Virus record (IMG/VR): IMGVR_UViG_3300029288_000071
Location: 143,031-207,030 of that record
Reading direction: 5' to 3' (one strand)
From: a virus
Taxonomy: Duplodnaviria; Caudoviricetes
DNA: 64,000 nt
This document shows, piece by piece, positions 59,761-64,000 of the stretch. Position 1 is the stretch's first letter. Each line of letters begins with the position of its first letter. The position numbers were made by a program, and so were the translations under genes. The notes under the pieces were generated by a model. That model was not told the origin of the DNA and made no database searches. It saw only the letters and a program-made list of their open reading frames with translations.

Positions 59761-60250
59761 TTTTTCCTTTTATATAGATTTTATTTATTGAAACATTTGA
59801 ACCTCTATACTTTTCAGTAGCAAATCCAACTAAATTAGTGTTGACTTCTAAATAAATAAATCCTACTTTTTTTAGCAATATATCTAAATATGTTTCAGTA
59901 AACCCCCAATAATGTTTAAATAAATTATTTTCTCCTGAACCAAATATATAGTTAAGAATTAATTCATCTTCATATAATTGATAAAGTTTAAATAATTTTA
60001 TTAGATCAGGAACAGATATATATAACTTACTTTCAGGTTTCATCCATTTATAAATTTTACTCAACAAAAATTCTTGTTTTGATTTTGGTATGTGTTCTAA
60101 TATATGATAAGCAATAATTTCATCAATAGAATTTGGTTGAAAATCAATATCAAGTATATCTCCTATTAAATCTGGTTTAAATTCAGGATTCGCATCTATA
60201 TTAATAAATCCTTTAATTTTAGAACAACCACAACCTAAATTTAATTTCAT
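59753..60250 (-). CDS. class I SAM-dependent methyltransferase
   Basis: KLNLGCG, NID, DEI.A.H.LEH, KP...L.ISVPD, H..GF. Confidence 0.85.
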   Translation of the reverse strand: MKLNLGCGCSKIKGFINIDANPEFKPDLIGDILDIDFQPNSIDEIIAYHILEHIPKSKQEFLLSKIYKWMKPESKLYISVPDLIKLFKLYQLYEDELILNYIFGSGENNLFKHYWGFTETYLDILLKKVGFIYLEVNTNLVGFATEKYRGSNVSINKIYIKGKNG

Positions 60251-63200
60251 TTATATATGCTCTACTTGTACTAATTGTGGATTAAATATCATTCTATCTG
60301 CATGTGTAGCAACACCTAAAATTTGTATTACATAATTAGTACCTGTTGTTGGAGTTTGTATCAATGTATTTCCAGAAGTACCAGCAGTAGCACCATAAAT
60401 TAAGCCACCAACATTCCAATTCCAAGTATCATCTCTTGCAACACCTTGCATCATAAACAAGCCAACTGCACTTGCTGCTATTGTATCTACAGCCATACAA
60501 ATTCCATTCATAGTAGATATTGCAGTTGAATTGATTAATTGTGCTCTACCATCTGAATTTATAAAACATACATCTCCAAATCCCATATCAGTGTGTGCTG
60601 TTAATGGAAGAGTTATTCCTGAATAAGTATGATCAGAATCAGGAATTTCTCTAATTTCCACTCCTTTTTTGCTTGTTATTGAATTTGCAGTTAATCCATT
60701 AGTAATTTGAAGTGTGCCTGATGTTCCTTCAAGAGTTAAATAATTTTGAAGTGAAGCAGTTAGTGAACCTGAAGGTGAATGATATATTCTATATACATCA
60801 TTAGCTCCAGGAGTAGTTAGTACAAAATGCATCCAAGCTGTTTTATTACTATCATCCATTAACCAATATGCACCACCAGGATAATACATATTTTGTGCCC
60901 ATCCAAACCAATCAGTTGCTGCTGCTAAAATTCTACCTTTTCCTGTAGAACTATTAGTTAAAAATTCTAAAGCTGGCATAGAAGAGCTTAAAAGTATACT
61001 ATTTCCAGTTTCAGACATTATTGAAGAAGCTGTCAAAGTTGAAGAGCTATCAAAAATAGCTATATAATTAGCTGCACCACTACCTACTATTCCCATTGCT
61101 GTTAATGCAGCAGTAACTGTGGCACTTAAGCTTGTAACACTTGAAGATAAACTAACAATTTGAGCAGTTACAGCTCCACTTGAAGTTTGAAAATCAACAT
61201 AAGATTTAGTTACTAATTCATTTGCTGATAATGGAATTGCACTTAAAGCATAAAATCTAATTCCTGTTACAGTTCCTAAAATAAATGCATTGCCTGAAAC
61301 ATTAAACATTTCACTACCAGTTTTTGTTCCAATTCCAGTTTTACCTCCAAAATAAATATAGCTTCCAAATGCACTATTTGAAGTACCAGAAAATATATAA
61401 AAATCTACATTATTGTTTTCATTTTCTACGTAAATTGGATAAACAGCATCTCCTGTATCGTTACTATAATCAGCTAAATGAATAAGTACAGCACTACCTG
61501 AATTATAGTCTTGATTATATGCTCCTCCAATTGTTAAATTTTCTTCAAAACTAGAAATAGCACTCTTCAATGTGCCCCCTGAATATCCTCTAATTCTTAC
61601 AGCACCTTCAGTTAACAATCCATTTGTAGGTGCAGCAGATAAATTTGCATAAGTAGAACCGATTACAACTCCTCCTGCAGCATCTATAGTATTACGAATA
61701 GATGGTGGAATATCACCTGCAATTTGTTTTCCTAATGATAATTGTCCTGTTTTGCTCATATAAGCATAACAAGCTTGACTTCCATTAGCCCAAAAAGTAC
61801 CAGAAGCTCCATGATCATAATTAAAAAATATTGCAGCTAATTTAGCACTAATGATTGTATTTCCAGTATCTGGATTTGTCCTAAAGTCGCCAAAGGCTGA
61901 ACTTCCATCTCTTGAACCAGCATAAAATCTATAAGCATTTGCTAGAATTGTTGCTGAAGTAGAACAAATTGAATCTGCAGTTAAATTTCCATCTATTCCT
62001 ATTTTAGTTCCATTTTGAAAAATAATAGAAGAAGATAAAGAGCTTGAAGCACTAAATACTGGAATAGTACCTACAGTTCCTGATCCTGCAATACCAGTAA
62101 CTCCTGAACCTCCAGTAATAGAATCAACATATGACTTTGAAGCTAATTCGTTTGCAGCAATTGGTGTTGCAGAGCTTACATAGAATCTTGTAGCAGTTAC
62201 ATTTCCATTAGCACTAACTGTTAAAACATCAGTAAATGTAACTGCACTAGTAGCTGTGCCAGAAACTGCACTAGAATAAATTAAATTTGAATTTGAACTT
62301 AAAGTTAATTTAGATGCTTTATCACTTTCTAAATACTTATAGCCATTATCATAATAAGCATTATTTGTTAAATCAAGACTTGAATTTCCTATAAAAGAAA
62401 ATCTATTAGCTAAACGAAGATGATCTAATGAAGGATCATTAATATGCAATCTATCTCTATAAACTCTATTAGAATAAATTTTTGTATTGTCAAGAACATA
62501 TATTGGATTTGTCCAAGCAGTTAAACTATCAGAATTTCTAATAACTCTTCCTCTTACATACAATTCACTTCCAGAAACTGTGTAGCTAGCTGTATCAGTT
62601 GATGCTGAAGTTTGAAGAATAATTACGCTAGAACTACTTCCACTATTTCCTATAAATTCAATAGTTCCAGAAGTAGGAGTATTTATAGTAATTGTTTTAC
62701 CTGATACTATTATAGAATCTATAACAGCTCCATTTGAACTATAAAAGTTACCTGCTTTTAAATTATCCATTATTTCTGGAGCAGTACAAGTATTAGCAAA
62801 AACATAAACACAAGCAGATCCTGCCCAAGATAAAGCTGGATTATGTAAATCATCACCACTTAATAAATAAGTTTTTCTATGACTATTAAGTACTTGATTT
62901 ATTTTGGTTGATGCATCTTTCTTTGTAACTAATGCATTCCAAACTTCCATTCCATAATATCCATCTAAAGATTGTATTTTAGGTAACAACCAATGATCAT
63001 TTTCCCAAAGAGGATGATTTAAATATACAAAATCTCCTGAAATATTAGCTTCATCTAATAATTTTTGAACAGTAGTAGCAGAAGTGCTGCTTGAAGCAAC
63101 AACACTATTTATTCTATTTGTATGTAAATTTTCTACTTCTTGTTCTATTCCTTGAAGAAATAAAATTCCAGTTACACCAGGATCTTGTGTAACAAAATCA

Positions 63201-64000
63201 TGATCAGTAATTGCAATAAAATCATATCCCAAATCTCTATAGAATTCTACTACTGCAGTAGAACTACTTACTCCATCAGAATTAGTTGTATGACAATGTA
63301 ATTGTCCTCTATAAGAATTATTTTTTACAGTATAAGGAGATATTAATTTAACTTCTACTCCTTTAAAAACAACTGGTTCATTTTCATAAATAGTTTTAGC
63401 ACTTAAAGTATTTGCTGATATTCCTTTATTAAATTCTGTATATACTTCATCAACATTTCCATGTATTGTCATAGCAACTTGAGCTGCTCCTGTTGTTGAC
63501 ATAGCACCTAAACAAAGATTTCTTTTAGTACCTGTACCAAAAGCATTTACAGAAATTAGAAAATCATCTATATCATAACATGGAGAACCTGCTACTATTT
63601 CTAACCATTCTCCATTGATATATCCACTAGTTGCTAGCACATCATTATGATAAACTAAAAATGTTGATTTATTACGTCTTGTTGGACTGCCATTAGGAGA
63701 AATTGCAAAATATCCTTCTTCATCAGGTAATTGATTTGTCTGAACAATATAAGGAACACCATCCACAGATGTACTTTTAAAATATGCTCCTGATAAACAA
63801 ATATTTCCACTAATTGAAATATCTTCTGCACTTTCAGACATTATTGAAGAAGCAGTTAAAGTAGAAGAACTATCAAATAATGCAATGAATGTTGGAACTC
63901 CACTGCCTGAAATTCCAGTAGCAGTTAATGAAGCACTTAAACTAGTTACGCTTCCACTTAGATCATTTATTTGACTTGTAAATCCAGTAACAGTAGAACT
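60251..64000 (-). CDS. long tail-fibre-like protein with an embedded PHP metallohydrolase domain (5' partial)
   Basis: The frame stays open from 63841 to 64000, so the true start is outside the window. PHP motifs GQLHCHT..SDG, AITDHD, NHP, EVWN, GDDLH; repeated GSG...I..F..SS.L..S.I spacers. Confidence 0.8.
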   Translation of the reverse strand, partial: SSTVTGFTSQINDLSGSVTSLSASLTATGISGSGVPTFIALFDSSSTLTASSIMSESAEDISISGNICLSGAYFKSTSVDGVPYIVQTNQLPDEEGYFAISPNGSPTRRNKSTFLVYHNDVLATSGYINGEWLEIVAGSPCYDIDDFLISVNAFGTGTKRNLCLGAMSTTGAAQVAMTIHGNVDEVYTEFNKGISANTLSAKTIYENEPVVFKGVEVKLISPYTVKNNSYRGQLHCHTTNSDGVSSSTAVVEFYRDLGYDFIAITDHDFVTQDPGVTGILFLQGIEQEVENLHTNRINSVVASSSTSATTVQKLLDEANISGDFVYLNHPLWENDHWLLPKIQSLDGYYGMEVWNALVTKKDASTKINQVLNSHRKTYLLSGDDLHNPALSWAGSACVYVFANTCTAPEIMDNLKAGNFYSSNGAVIDSIIVSGKTITINTPTSGTIEFIGNSGSSSSVIILQTSASTDTASYTVSGSELYVRGRVIRNSDSLTAWTNPIYVLDNTKIYSNRVYRDRLHINDPSLDHLRLANRFSFIGNSSLDLTNNAYYDNGYKYLESDKASKLTLSSNSNLIYSSAVSGTATSAVTFTDVLTVSANGNVTATRFYVSSATPIAANELASKSYVDSITGGSGVTGIAGSGTVGTIPVFSASSSLSSSIIFQNGTKIGIDGNLTADSICSTSATILANAYRFYAGSRDGSSAFGDFRTNPDTGNTIISAKLAAIFFNYDHGASGTFWANGSQACYAYMSKTGQLSLGKQIAGDIPPSIRNTIDAAGGVVIGSTYANLSAAPTNGLLTEGAVRIRGYSGGTLKSAISSFEENLTIGGAYNQDYNSGSAVLIHLADYSNDTGDAVYPIYVENENNNVDFYIFSGTSNSAFGSYIYFGGKTGIGTKTGSEMFNVSGNAFILGTVTGIRFYALSAIPLSANELVTKSYVDFQTSSGAVTAQIVSLSSSVTSLSATVTAALTAMGIVGSGAANYIAIFDSSSTLTASSIMSETGNSILLSSSMPALEFLTNSSTGKGRILAAATDWFGWAQNMYYPGGAYWLMDDSNKTAWMHFVLTTPGANDVYRIYHSPSGSLTASLQNYLTLEGTSGTLQITNGLTANSITSKKGVEIREIPDSDHTYSGITLPLTAHTDMGFGDVCFINSDGRAQLINSTAISTMNGICMAVDTIAASAVGLFMMQGVARDDTWNWNVGGLIYGATAGTSGNTLIQTPTTGTNYVIQILGVATHADRMIFNPQLVQVEHI

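Noticed and set aside
63839-63841. Track start codon (MSESA) of the tail fibre
   Set aside because: The frame is open to the window edge and this Met lies inside a repeated spacer, so it is internal
1-64000. Stop-codon reassignment (TAG or TGA recoding seen in some large phages)
   Set aside because: Conserved genes are full length in code 11, and TAG/TGA end genes at expected C-termini
1-64000. CRISPR array, tRNA genes, integrase, reverse transcriptase/DGR
   Set aside because: No regularly spaced nucleotide repeats, cloverleafs or RT/integrase motifs seen; the fibre repeats are protein-level and diverged

Overview
AT-rich segment of a large contractile-tailed (T4-like/myovirus-type) phage genome in the standard genetic code. 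Essentially all genes lie on the minus strand and are tightly coupled by TAATG/ATGA overlaps. In transcription order (right to left): (1) a tail and baseplate morphogenesis module at ~64-29 kb, with a PHP-domain tail fibre, sheath, tube, assembly chaperones, tape measure, hub/spike, wedge proteins, a late sigma-like factor and many Ser/Thr/Ala-rich virion proteins; (2) a short family-A DNA polymerase-like gene; (3) a ~20 kb accessory island at ~27.7-7.8 kb of sugar-building and decorating enzymes (GT2, GT9, two NAD epimerases, a two-subunit TPP transketolase-like enzyme, FkbM and other methyltransferases, a B12 radical SAM enzyme, HAD and LMW phosphatases) interleaved with small phage ORFs; (4) a replication/recombination module at ~7.7-0 kb (SSB, UvsX, dNTP diphosphohydrolase, 5'-3' exonuclease, DnaB-like helicase, ThyX). 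Four homing-endonuclease-type ORFs, one internally deleted remnant and one duplicated C-terminus scar are present. The best candidate for an undescribed system is a phage-encoded pathway that makes a branched/methylated sugar and attaches it to the (S/T)-Ala-rich virion proteins; this is inference. All functional calls come from motif recognition by eye and no database searches were run.
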